This document shows positions 36,882-45,228 of a stretch of DNA of 64,000 bases, in pieces. A program made the position numbers and the translations under genes. The notes beneath the pieces are model-generated. The model saw nothing but the letters and a program-made list of their open reading frames with translations, had not been told where the DNA came from and made no database searches. The stretch lies in the NCBI GenBank assembly GCA_965224415.1, contig CBDCZB010000004.1, forward strand, positions 667,070 to 731,069. Direction: 5' to 3'. This stretch comes from Dehalococcoidia bacterium. Its GTDB lineage: Bacteria > Chloroflexota > Dehalococcoidia > Lucifugimonadales > JAGWBF01. The first letter of the stretch is position 1. The number at the start of each line of letters is the position of its first letter.

Positions 36882-37014
36882 CCTTTTCTTCACAGGCGTT
36901 CCCTCGCATACAAAACAATTGGCCCCGGAGGGCCGCATGTTAATTTGATCCCATTTGATTCTAAGGTGTCGTATTTTAAGGTGTCAAACCATTGAATCCG
37001 AGAGCCGGGCTACG

Positions 37015-37239
37015 TCAACTGACGCGCTTCACCTCCAGGGTCTCGCCCGGGGCCAACGCAACTCGCCTTACATTTATCCCCAGCTTGAGCAGCCAATACC
37101 CGAGAGTCGCCTTGCTTACGCCCAGGTCTTGAGCTGTAAGTGAAAGCCCTTTTTCATTCACCATCTCAGGAAGCAGCTTTTCCAGAGGTCTCTGGTGGTC
37201 CCCCTCAACCCTTAACATCAACTTGGTCTTCCGGGCCAT
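37015..37239 (-). CDS. small helix-turn-helix protein (74 aa), function unknown
   Basis: The LTAQDLGVSKATLGYWLLKLGI segment looks like an HTH. There is an AT-rich promoter region upstream. Confidence 0.45.
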   Translation of the reverse strand: MARKTKLMLRVEGDHQRPLEKLLPEMVNEKGLSLTAQDLGVSKATLGYWLLKLGINVRRVALAPGETLEVKRVS

Positions 37240-37378
37240 TTCAACCTCCTTGGTAATTTGGGGGCAGTTTGGGCGCCTGATGTAGAGAGTAGCGCCGTGT
37301 GTAACAGGGCGTCAATAGTTACATAAATATTTTTAAACAAATTTAAGACTTTTATAGAACACCCTGATTTCAAGCGGA

Positions 37379-37873
37379 TTATAGCAGGTCGGACACCGCA
37401 ATTCCAACGCTTGTAAGGCCAGTTACGACAATTCCTGCGATGATTGCTCCCAACGCTATAGGGGGAAAAGCGCGTCTGAAAGGCATGTCGAAAGCCCAAG
37501 CCGCAAGGCATCCGGTCCACACGCCGGTAAGCGGCAACGGCACGGCCACAAGCGCGGTCAGGGCCAGTGGACCGTAACGCTCGAACCTCTCGGAATGGCT
37601 CTCCCGAAGCCTGCGGCTCCTCCATATCAAAAGCGAACCTATGGGATTTCGAAAGCTGGTCAGGACCCGTCCTATCCTCGGCAGCGCCAGCAGCCAGAAT
37701 ATTCCTGGGACAATGTTCCCCAACACAGCGATAGGCAGTACCGCGAACCAGGGGAGGCCATATCCCTGCACCCCTACAAGAGGAATAGTGTAAGACTCCA
37801 CGGCCAGCGGTATTGCACAGCGAAGCTCGCAAACAGGAGCCATGCTCCATAGGAATGTAAAAATGTAATCCAT
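37379..37873 (-). CDS. small multidrug export protein family (COG2426-like) membrane protein
   Basis: APVCELRCAIPLAV near the N-terminus, four hydrophobic segments, and PLPLTGVWTG. Confidence 0.7.
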   Translation of the reverse strand: MDYIFTFLWSMAPVCELRCAIPLAVESYTIPLVGVQGYGLPWFAVLPIAVLGNIVPGIFWLLALPRIGRVLTSFRNPIGSLLIWRSRRLRESHSERFERYGPLALTALVAVPLPLTGVWTGCLAAWAFDMPFRRAFPPIALGAIIAGIVVTGLTSVGIAVSDLL

Positions 37874-38160
37874 TATGTAATCCGTTCAGCTTCCCCTTTG
37901 AACCCCTACTGCGTGTCTTATGTCTACCTGACTGCATCCGATATAAATGTAATTATGTAATGCACGCAGACGCCTATTTTCACCCTCATGTCTCCTGGGG
38001 GTAATATAATGGAAACCAAGAATACGACGCTCCGACCGTTTAGTAAACGCGAGTCGGGGAAATAAGGGCAGGGTTTTTACTATGCCGGCTGGCAGCTCCT
38101 ACCCCTTACCGTCTGGTACTGGAAAGTTGAGATGAAGAGTAGGCAACCGGGATCCATACC

Positions 38161-38396
38161 CGCCATTCCGGCCTGTGCCGGAATCCAGGGCCGCCGGGTG
38201 TCTCGCAACGGCGTCTCCGATGGCTTCCAACTGGTTGTTTGTAGTTGGGTACAGGCGACCGGCCGGTCGCCCCTACACCAGGCCAGGGCCATGTCCCCGT
38301 CATTCCGGCGGAGGCCGGAATCCAGGGAAGCCCTCCCTCCGTTCGGCATGAGCTTGTCGAAGGGCGGTTCGACTGGCACACCACGAACGGGGCGAA
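38161..38396. repeat. cluster of REP/MITE-like palindromic elements (families A, B, A, C)
   Basis: Family A: CATTCCGGC-nnnn-GCCGGAATCCAGGG at 38164-38190 and 38301-38327. Family B: 38248-38277. Family C: GTTCGGCATGAGCTTGTCGAAGGGCGGTTCGACTGGCACACCACGAACGGGGCGAAC at 38341-38396. Confidence 0.75.
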
Positions 38397-38442
38397 CAAG
38401 CCATCTAACAATCGAACGACATTGGTATGAAGGCTGCGCCGG

Positions 38443-39087
38443 ATGAGTTCACTGGACGCTCCCGACGAGATGCGCCTGGGACTCCTCGCCTCCCACGGAG
38501 GGTCCAACTTGCAGGCCATCGTAGATTCCACTAAATCTGGCGCCCTTGACGCCCGGGTCGCCGTCGTGGTCTCCAACAACTCCGACTCCCGTGCCCTAGA
38601 GCGTGCCGCTAAGGAGGGGATTCCCGCTTTCCACCTCAGCCGCAGCGCCCACCCGGACCCCGAGGAGCTGGACTTGGCCATTCTCCATGTCCTGAGAGAG
38701 CATGACGTGAACCTGGTGGCGCTGGCCGGATACATGAAGAAGCTAGGCCCGGCCGTCCTCGGCGCCTACCGCAGGAGAATTCTGAACGTACACCCAGCCC
38801 TGCTTCCAAGATATGGAGGCCGGGGAATGTACGGCATGAGGGTCCACGAGTCCGTGATAAAGTCCGGCGATTCCATAACGGGCGTCACAGTCCACCTGGT
38901 TGACGAGGAATACGACCAGGGGCCCATAGTCGCCCAGGTACAGGTTCCTGTGTTGAGGGACGACACCGCAGACACCCTTGCCCACCGGGTCTTGCAGACA
39001 GAGCACAGGTTCTACTCAGAGGTTTTGGGCAGGATACGGTCAGGCAACATCGATCTCGACTGTCTGACGGGCGTTTACTCCGGTTGA
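38443..39087 (+). CDS. purN: phosphoribosylglycinamide formyltransferase
   Basis: LLASHGGSNLQAI, LAGYMK and NVHPALLPRYGG motifs. Confidence 0.9.
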   Translation: MSSLDAPDEMRLGLLASHGGSNLQAIVDSTKSGALDARVAVVVSNNSDSRALERAAKEGIPAFHLSRSAHPDPEELDLAILHVLREHDVNLVALAGYMKKLGPAVLGAYRRRILNVHPALLPRYGGRGMYGMRVHESVIKSGDSITGVTVHLVDEEYDQGPIVAQVQVPVLRDDTADTLAHRVLQTEHRFYSEVLGRIRSGNIDLDCLTGVYSG

Positions 39088-39144
39088 CACCACCGACACC
39101 GCTGGATATTCTGGGCCTAGATTTCGGTCCCTTGAGGAGCGGTC

Positions 39145-40662
39145 ATGTCATACGAAGCGGCGGCAACGTTGGTGGACCTGCTGGACAGGGGTAGGACCCA
39201 TTCTCCGGCGATTACAGTCCCCGAGGGTCCAACCCTCACTTATGCAGACCTCAGGAAACAGGTGTATGGCCTGACTGAGCAGTTGGACTCCATCGGACTG
39301 GGAAAGGGTGACCGCGTAGCCATCGCTTTGCCCAACAGGCTGGAGACAATTGTGTCTTTCCTTGCGGTCTCATCAATCGCCACCGCAGCTCCATTGAATC
39401 CAGCCTACAAAGAAGACGAGTTCCGCTTCTACATGGAGGACACCGGAGCCCGCGCCCTGATAACCCCGGCTGACGGCGGCGAGGAGGCAAGGCGGGCCGC
39501 CCCTGAGTCTACAATCCAGCTGACCATAGAGACGGACGAAGCGGGCAAGGTCAGTCTGAGAGAGCTTGAACCAGGGCGCTCCTCCCGCATACGTCCGAAA
39601 CCTGACGACGTAGCCCTGGTGCTCCACACCTCCGGAACCACAAGCCGACCCAAGCGGGTTCCCTTGTCCCACAGGAACCTGACCGTCTCCGTGAGCAACG
39701 TAGCCGAGACCTACCAGCTTGGAGCCGGAGACGTATCACTGTGCGTCATGCCCCTGTTTCACGTCCATGGTCTGGTGGCGTCCACTCTCGCCACCCTGTT
39801 CACCGGCGGGACTATAGTGATTCCCCCCAGGTTCAACGCCCTCGGATTCTGGAAGCTCGTAGAGGACTACGGAGTCACGTGGTATTCGGCGGTGCCCTCC
39901 ATGCACCAGACGCTGCTGAACCGGGCCAAGTCCAGGTCCCGGTCGGAGATTCCGGCTGGTGGGAGCGGCCTCCGGTTCATCCGTTCCTGCAGCTCGGCCC
40001 TGTCCCCGTCAACCATGCTGGAGATGGAGGATCATTTCGGGACTCCAGTCCTCGAGGCCTATGGGATGACCGAGGCCGCCCATCAGATGGCCTCCAATCC
40101 GCTGCCTGACGAGAAGCGCGTTCCAGGCTCTGTAGGCCGTGGAACGGGCGTTTCCGTATCCATCATGGATGAGGAGGGCAACCTGCTGTCCGAAGGGTCT
40201 CAGGGCGAAGTCGTCATCCAGGGCACCAACGTCATTGATGGCTACGAGGACAACCCTGAGGCCAACGCCTCTTCCTTCACCAACGGTTGGTTCAGGACCG
40301 GAGATGAGGGCGTGATAGACTCCGACGGTTATCTCAAGTTGGTGGGCCGAATCAAGGAGCTGATCAACCGGAGCGGCGAGAAGATCGCTCCCATCGAAAT
40401 CGACGAGGTCCTGCTCACCCACCCGGCGGTGGCCGAGGCCGTGGCTTTCGGAATTCCCCACGACGTGCACGGCGAGGAGCCCTCAGCGGCTGTGGTCCTC
40501 AGCGGAGAGGCCACCCAGGCGGAACTTGTTTCCCACTGTAGAGCGCATCTGGCGGCCTTCAAGTGCCCTAGGACCATACACATCGTCCAGGAGATTCCAC
40601 GCACCGCTACAGGCAAAGTCCAGAGAAGGCTGGTGGCTGAGGCCGTAGCCGCCAGCGCCTAG
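39145..40662 (+). CDS. AMP-dependent acyl-CoA synthetase/ligase (oxalate/short-acid CoA ligase-like)
   Basis: LHTSGTTSRPKRV AMP-binding motif, plus GWFRTGDEG and GKVQRR. Confidence 0.85.
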   Translation: MSYEAAATLVDLLDRGRTHSPAITVPEGPTLTYADLRKQVYGLTEQLDSIGLGKGDRVAIALPNRLETIVSFLAVSSIATAAPLNPAYKEDEFRFYMEDTGARALITPADGGEEARRAAPESTIQLTIETDEAGKVSLRELEPGRSSRIRPKPDDVALVLHTSGTTSRPKRVPLSHRNLTVSVSNVAETYQLGAGDVSLCVMPLFHVHGLVASTLATLFTGGTIVIPPRFNALGFWKLVEDYGVTWYSAVPSMHQTLLNRAKSRSRSEIPAGGSGLRFIRSCSSALSPSTMLEMEDHFGTPVLEAYGMTEAAHQMASNPLPDEKRVPGSVGRGTGVSVSIMDEEGNLLSEGSQGEVVIQGTNVIDGYEDNPEANASSFTNGWFRTGDEGVIDSDGYLKLVGRIKELINRSGEKIAPIEIDEVLLTHPAVAEAVAFGIPHDVHGEEPSAAVVLSGEATQAELVSHCRAHLAAFKCPRTIHIVQEIPRTATGKVQRRLVAEAVAASA

Positions 40663-40697
40663 CCAGTGACGCTGGAACTCCTCACAGGGCCTTTCCC

Positions 40698-41684
40698 ATG
40701 AAGTTCGCCATAGTAGGGGCCGGGGCCATTGGAGCCTACATCGGGGCCAAGCTTCACCGATCCGGCCAGGATGTCCACCTCATAGCTCGCGGCCCCCACC
40801 TGGCCGCGATGCAGTCCAACGGCGTCAGGGTGACCGGGTCCGACGAGGATTTCACCGTCCATCCCAACGCCACGGGCGACCCCACAGAAATCGGTTGCGT
40901 CGATTATGTAATCTTGACGGTGAAGGCCCACGGCCTGAAGGAAGTGGCCCGTATCCTGGAACCGTTGTTGGGCGCTGATACGGCCATCGTATCGACCCAG
41001 AACGGCATACCCTGGTGGTATTTCCACGGCATGGGGCCTGAGTGGGAGGGGATGCGGTTGGAGAGCGTTGACCCCGGCGGAGTCGTTTCGGCGGCCATAG
41101 ACCCCCGACGCGTCATAGGCTGCATAGTCTACCCAGCCACGGTGGTGTCAGAACCGGGAGTGATCAGGCACGTCGAAGGGGACAGGCTCACGCTGGGTGA
41201 ACCAGACGGCTCTGAGACCGCCCGCACTCAGGACCTGGCGGCCGCTTTCAGTGGAGCGGGGTTCAAATGCCGCGTCCGCAAGGACATCCGAAACGAGCTA
41301 TGGGTAAAGCTGCTGGGGAATCTGGTGTTCAACCCGGTCAGCGCTTTGACTGGTGCAACGCTGGAGGAGATGGCCATTCACCCGGACGCCGCTCAACTGG
41401 CCCGGTGCGTCATGCAGGAGGCCGACGCAGTGGCGGAGGCCCTCGGGGTCAAGATGCCGGTGTCCATCGACCGGAGAATGGCCGGAGCCGAGAAGGTGGG
41501 CGCCCACAAGACTTCCATGCTCCAGGACCTGGAGGCGGGCCGCCCCATGGAGATAGGCGCCTTAGTAGGATCGGTAGTGGAACTGGGCGAGATGCTGGAC
41601 GTGACCATGCCCCACACCAGGTCGGTCTACGCATGCGCCAAGCTGCTGTCCCAGGTGCGGGAATCCAGGACCTCAGCGTCCTGA
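40698..41684 (+). CDS. 2-dehydropantoate 2-reductase family (PanE/ApbA) oxidoreductase
   Basis: MKFAIVGAGAIGAYIG, VKAHGL and KTSMLQDLEAGRPMEI motifs. Confidence 0.8.
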   Translation: MKFAIVGAGAIGAYIGAKLHRSGQDVHLIARGPHLAAMQSNGVRVTGSDEDFTVHPNATGDPTEIGCVDYVILTVKAHGLKEVARILEPLLGADTAIVSTQNGIPWWYFHGMGPEWEGMRLESVDPGGVVSAAIDPRRVIGCIVYPATVVSEPGVIRHVEGDRLTLGEPDGSETARTQDLAAAFSGAGFKCRVRKDIRNELWVKLLGNLVFNPVSALTGATLEEMAIHPDAAQLARCVMQEADAVAEALGVKMPVSIDRRMAGAEKVGAHKTSMLQDLEAGRPMEIGALVGSVVELGEMLDVTMPHTRSVYACAKLLSQVRESRTSAS

Positions 41685-41718
41685 ACCATCAATATTCCAA
41701 AGTTGTTAGAGGTTTCTT

Positions 41719-42063
41719 ATGCCTACGCCTACGCCGGAGAACATAGACCTGGGCGGCAAAGCAGGTCAGGGGATTCGCATAGATTGGAGCGACGGCCACA
41801 GGAGCGTCTATCCCAACCGGCTGCTGCGCCTTGCGTGCCCCTGCGCTCATTGCGTCGAGGAAATGACTGGACGCCCCCTTCTGGACCCGGACTCCGTGTC
41901 CAAAAACGTCATGGCCGTAGACCACATGATGATCGGCGCCTATGCCGTGGAGTTCCTGTGGAGCGACACCCACTACACCGGACTCTACACCTACGAGCTG
42001 CTAAGAAGCCTCTGCTCTTGCATGTCCTGCCTGGCCGCCGGGAACCAGCCCAAGGACGGCTAG
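41719..42063 (+). CDS. DUF971 (gamma-butyrobetaine hydroxylase N-terminal-like) protein
   Basis: IRIDWSDGHRSVYPNRLLRLACPCAHC...YAVEFLWSDTHYTGLYTYELLR. Confidence 0.7.
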   Translation: MPTPTPENIDLGGKAGQGIRIDWSDGHRSVYPNRLLRLACPCAHCVEEMTGRPLLDPDSVSKNVMAVDHMMIGAYAVEFLWSDTHYTGLYTYELLRSLCSCMSCLAAGNQPKDG

Positions 42064-42078
42064 GGCCGTTAGGTGTGG

Positions 42079-42297
42079 TTAGGACGCGTCGGGCTTGTCG
42101 GAGCCGGGTTGCGCCGTGGGTTTGCCGGCCTTGAAGAATCCCCCGTAACGGCCGTCCTTGAACGCAAACGCTGACAGCTGGCGCTCACCAGCGCCGCCGC
42201 ACGTCGGGCATTCGGCAGGCTCATCCATACGGGACACCGGCCGCATGGACTCAAACTTCGAGCCACACTCAGCGCAGACGTATTCGTAGATGGGCAT
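42079..42297 (-). CDS. FmdB-family zinc-ribbon protein
   Basis: MPIYEYVCAECGSKFE...CPTCGG (CxxC...CxxC). Confidence 0.75.
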   Translation of the reverse strand: MPIYEYVCAECGSKFESMRPVSRMDEPAECPTCGGAGERQLSAFAFKDGRYGGFFKAGKPTAQPGSDKPDAS

Positions 42298-42308
42298 GAT
42301 TTCCCCGG

Positions 42309-42512
42309 CTAGTCGTGATACTCGGTGTGCCGCTCTTTAGCGCTGCCCATGTAGTAGTGGCCCTCGTACTTGAACCCGAACATCTCCACCTGGCGTTCGC
42401 CCGTTGAGGCGCCACAGTCGGGGCACTCGATGGGTTCGTTCCTCTGGGACATGGGACGCATCTTGTCGAACTTCACGTCGCAAGGCTCGCAGTAATATTC
42501 GTAGACAGGCAT
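42309..42512 (-). CDS. FmdB-family zinc-ribbon protein (tandem paralogue)
   Basis: MPVYEYYCEPCDVKFD...CPDCGA. Confidence 0.75.
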   Translation of the reverse strand: MPVYEYYCEPCDVKFDKMRPMSQRNEPIECPDCGASTGERQVEMFGFKYEGHYYMGSAKERHTEYHD

Positions 42513-42544
42513 AGCTCCTCCGCTGCAGATGGAAACGTTTCAGG

Positions 42545-43765
42545 CTATATCACGCCATCCGTCTCTAGTTGGGTTACGTCGTCTTCAGAGTAGCCCAGAA
42601 GCCCCGTCAGCGCTTCTCGGTTGTGCTGTCCGAGGGTTGGGGCGGGCCGGAACTCTTCGGCGCCGTCGTTGCGGCCAACGAACTTGATAGGGTTTCCGGG
42701 CATCTTGTAGGTACCCACCACCGGGTGTTCGGCCTCCACCAGCATGTTCCTGTGGACGACCTGGGCGTCGGCAAAGGCGTCAGCGATGTCATTCACTGGA
42801 GCGATGGGCGCCACGTCCCCTAGCAGGTCTATCCATTCCTGCTGCGGCCTGGTTACGAACGCCTTCTCCAGGGCCAGTTTTAGCTCCGGCCAGTTCTTCT
42901 GTCTGCCTGCCAGAGTGATGAACCTATCGTCATCGACGAGATGTTGGCACCCGTCTACCAGAACGGCCAACTGCCTGGCAAGCTCCTCGTAGAACTTCTG
43001 TGTCGCGCAGTGAATCTGCACGTACTTCCCGTCGCTGGTCTTGAAGGCGCCGTTGGGTAGGTTGGCGGACTGGACCGAGCCGCCCGCCGTGGGCACCCTT
43101 CCGCCGCCCAAGTACGTCTCCGACAAGTGCCCTTGGAAGGTCAATAGAATATCCAGCAGGCTGAGGTCCAGGCGTTGGCCCTCTCCGGTGCGTTCACGGG
43201 CCAGCAGCGCCGACAATACGCCCACCGCGGCGCCGTAGCCGCCTCCGATGTCCGTCACGGCGAAGCCCATCACGGCGGGGTCTCCTCCAGGCTCTCCGGT
43301 GACGCTCATGGCGCCCGACAGGGCCTGCACCACCGAGTCGAAAGCCGGGCGGTCCCGGTACGGGCCGTCTCTCCCGAACCCGGAAACGGAGCAGCAGACG
43401 ATGGTCGGGTTGATCTTGCGGACTGTCTCGTAATCGACTCCCAGACGCTCTGTGACGCCCGGACGGAAGTTGTCCAGCACCACGTCGGAGATGCGCACCA
43501 GATCGTAGAAGACAGCCCGACCGCGCTCGGAGCGCAGGTCCAGGGTGAGGCCCTCCTTGTTCCGGTTGAAGGTCATGTAGTAGTGGCTCTCACCCTTGGT
43601 GAAGGTGGTGCCCATGCCCCTGGAGGCCTCTCCCGTCCTGGGCGGCTCCACTTTTATGACCTGGGCGCCCAGGTCAGCCAGAAGCCTGGTTGACATAGGC
43701 CCAGCCAGGGCCTGGGACAGGTCCAGGACCCGAATTCCGCCTAGGGGACCCCCCGCTTTCGACAC
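42545..43765 (-). CDS. family III CoA-transferase (CaiB/BaiF/Frc-like)
   Basis: GIRVLDLSQALAGPMSTRLLADLGAQVIKVE, followed by a DNFRPG motif. Confidence 0.9.
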   Translation of the reverse strand: MSKAGGPLGGIRVLDLSQALAGPMSTRLLADLGAQVIKVEPPRTGEASRGMGTTFTKGESHYYMTFNRNKEGLTLDLRSERGRAVFYDLVRISDVVLDNFRPGVTERLGVDYETVRKINPTIVCCSVSGFGRDGPYRDRPAFDSVVQALSGAMSVTGEPGGDPAVMGFAVTDIGGGYGAAVGVLSALLARERTGEGQRLDLSLLDILLTFQGHLSETYLGGGRVPTAGGSVQSANLPNGAFKTSDGKYVQIHCATQKFYEELARQLAVLVDGCQHLVDDDRFITLAGRQKNWPELKLALEKAFVTRPQQEWIDLLGDVAPIAPVNDIADAFADAQVVHRNMLVEAEHPVVGTYKMPGNPIKFVGRNDGAEEFRPAPTLGQHNREALTGLLGYSEDDVTQLETDGVI

Positions 43766-43771
43766 CGGGGC

Positions 43772-45163
43772 CTACACTGCGGTCAGATTGGACAAGACGC
43801 GGATGTCGTCCACGCTTTCCAGGGACTCGACGACTTTGATGATTTCCTCTTGTCGCTCGGAAGAAATGACCGTCTGGGTCAACGTGCGGAACTTGTCTTT
43901 CAACTCGTCCCAACTAAGGGGGTTCTGCGGGTCTCCCTTAGGGTATTCCACGTCCGAACGCACCGTGCGTCCGTCCTTGGTGTCTATCTCTACCCAGGAG
44001 GGCCATTTGCTGGGGTAGTCCACTTCAAGAGCCGGGTCTTCCACACACTCGGTGCGGGCCATCAAGTCCTTTATGCCCGGGTCGTCCAGCATCTCCTGGG
44101 TGTATTCGTTCAGGGAAACCTTACCGTGGGTTAAGGCCACCGCGGCGCTGAAGGGCATGGAGAACTGGGCGTCCACCAGGGTCTTGGGGTTTTTCTTGTA
44201 GTCCACAGGGTTGGCCACAATGTCCATTCCGGCTTCCAACATCCCCACCCTTATCCTCTCCACGTCCGAGGTAGTCAGGCCGTGGTCAGCGACCAGCTCC
44301 AGTATGCCGTCGATGGGTCCCTGGTTGTAGCGGCAGCAGGAATGGGGCTTGATGCTGGTCTTGTCTATGTAATACCAGTCCCCCAGGCCGTCGGACACGT
44401 CGTTGTGGTCCACGTCGTCGGAGTAGGCGTGGAGGAACCCGCTCTTGCCCTCCAGTATCTCCATAGGGCCCGTGTAGCCCTCTTTGGCCAATGTAGCTGC
44501 CACCACGCCGTTGTGGGCCGCCCAGCCGGGGTGCATCCGCTTGGTCCAAGCGCCGTCGGCCAGGTATTGGTGGGAACCAGCCGCCTGGCTGCCCGCTATT
44601 CCCATGGACCACGCGGTGTGAAGGGCGTCCAGCTTGTAGAGATGGGCGCCTATGAGCGCCGCTCCGAATGTGCCGCAGGTGCCCGTGGGATGGAAGCCCC
44701 GGCCGTAGTGCTTGCGAGGGTCCAAAGCGTAGCCGAGCCGCACCATCAGATCATATCCAGCCGTAACGGCGGCGATGAGGTCCCGACCGCTTACCGGAGT
44801 CATGTCGCCACAGGCGAACGCGGCGGGATATGCCACGGCTCCGGGGTGCATGGAGGCGTCGTTGGCCGTGTCGTCCATCTCCAGGCTGTGGGCGGCGCAC
44901 CCATTGGCCAGGGCGGCGTACTGGGGCAACACCTTCTTGGACGTTCCTGCCACCACGCCGTTTCCTGGGCCGCTGAGGATGTCCACGCCCCGCTGCATCA
45001 CCTCGGAGGAATCGCTGACCGCGCCCCGGAGGGCCATAGCGAGGTAGTCCAGGCAGAAGTACTTCGCCGAGTCCACGGTTTCCGGCGACAGGTCTTCATA
45101 GCTGAGTTCCGAGTAGAATTTAGCCAGGTCTCTAGTGAGGTCGGGTCCGACGGTCTGGGCCAT
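43772..45163 (-). CDS. MmgE/PrpD-family dehydratase/isomerase
   Basis: 463 aa with typical PrpD N- and C-domain text (LDYLAMALRG, HSLEMDD, HPGAV). Confidence 0.9.
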   Translation of the reverse strand: MAQTVGPDLTRDLAKFYSELSYEDLSPETVDSAKYFCLDYLAMALRGAVSDSSEVMQRGVDILSGPGNGVVAGTSKKVLPQYAALANGCAAHSLEMDDTANDASMHPGAVAYPAAFACGDMTPVSGRDLIAAVTAGYDLMVRLGYALDPRKHYGRGFHPTGTCGTFGAALIGAHLYKLDALHTAWSMGIAGSQAAGSHQYLADGAWTKRMHPGWAAHNGVVAATLAKEGYTGPMEILEGKSGFLHAYSDDVDHNDVSDGLGDWYYIDKTSIKPHSCCRYNQGPIDGILELVADHGLTTSDVERIRVGMLEAGMDIVANPVDYKKNPKTLVDAQFSMPFSAAVALTHGKVSLNEYTQEMLDDPGIKDLMARTECVEDPALEVDYPSKWPSWVEIDTKDGRTVRSDVEYPKGDPQNPLSWDELKDKFRTLTQTVISSERQEEIIKVVESLESVDDIRVLSNLTAV

Positions 45164-45228
45164 GAAATCCCCCTTAATATTGTCTTTATACCGCCATTTT
45201 CACGCCTAATTCACAGTCAGCCAAAGGC

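Noticed and set aside
38161-38396. Possible CRISPR array, because several hairpin repeats occur within 240 bp.
   Set aside because: The repeats belong to three different sequence families and are not evenly spaced. There are no unique spacers of uniform length and no cas genes in the window.
38106-38735. 209-aa minus-strand ORF spanning the repeat cluster and the 5' end of purN, plus small ORFs at 38080..38446.
   Set aside because: They are generated by reading through the palindromic repeat elements, which produce the recurring peptide words PAxAGMTG, RRNDG and LSKG. They overlap the well-supported purN frame.
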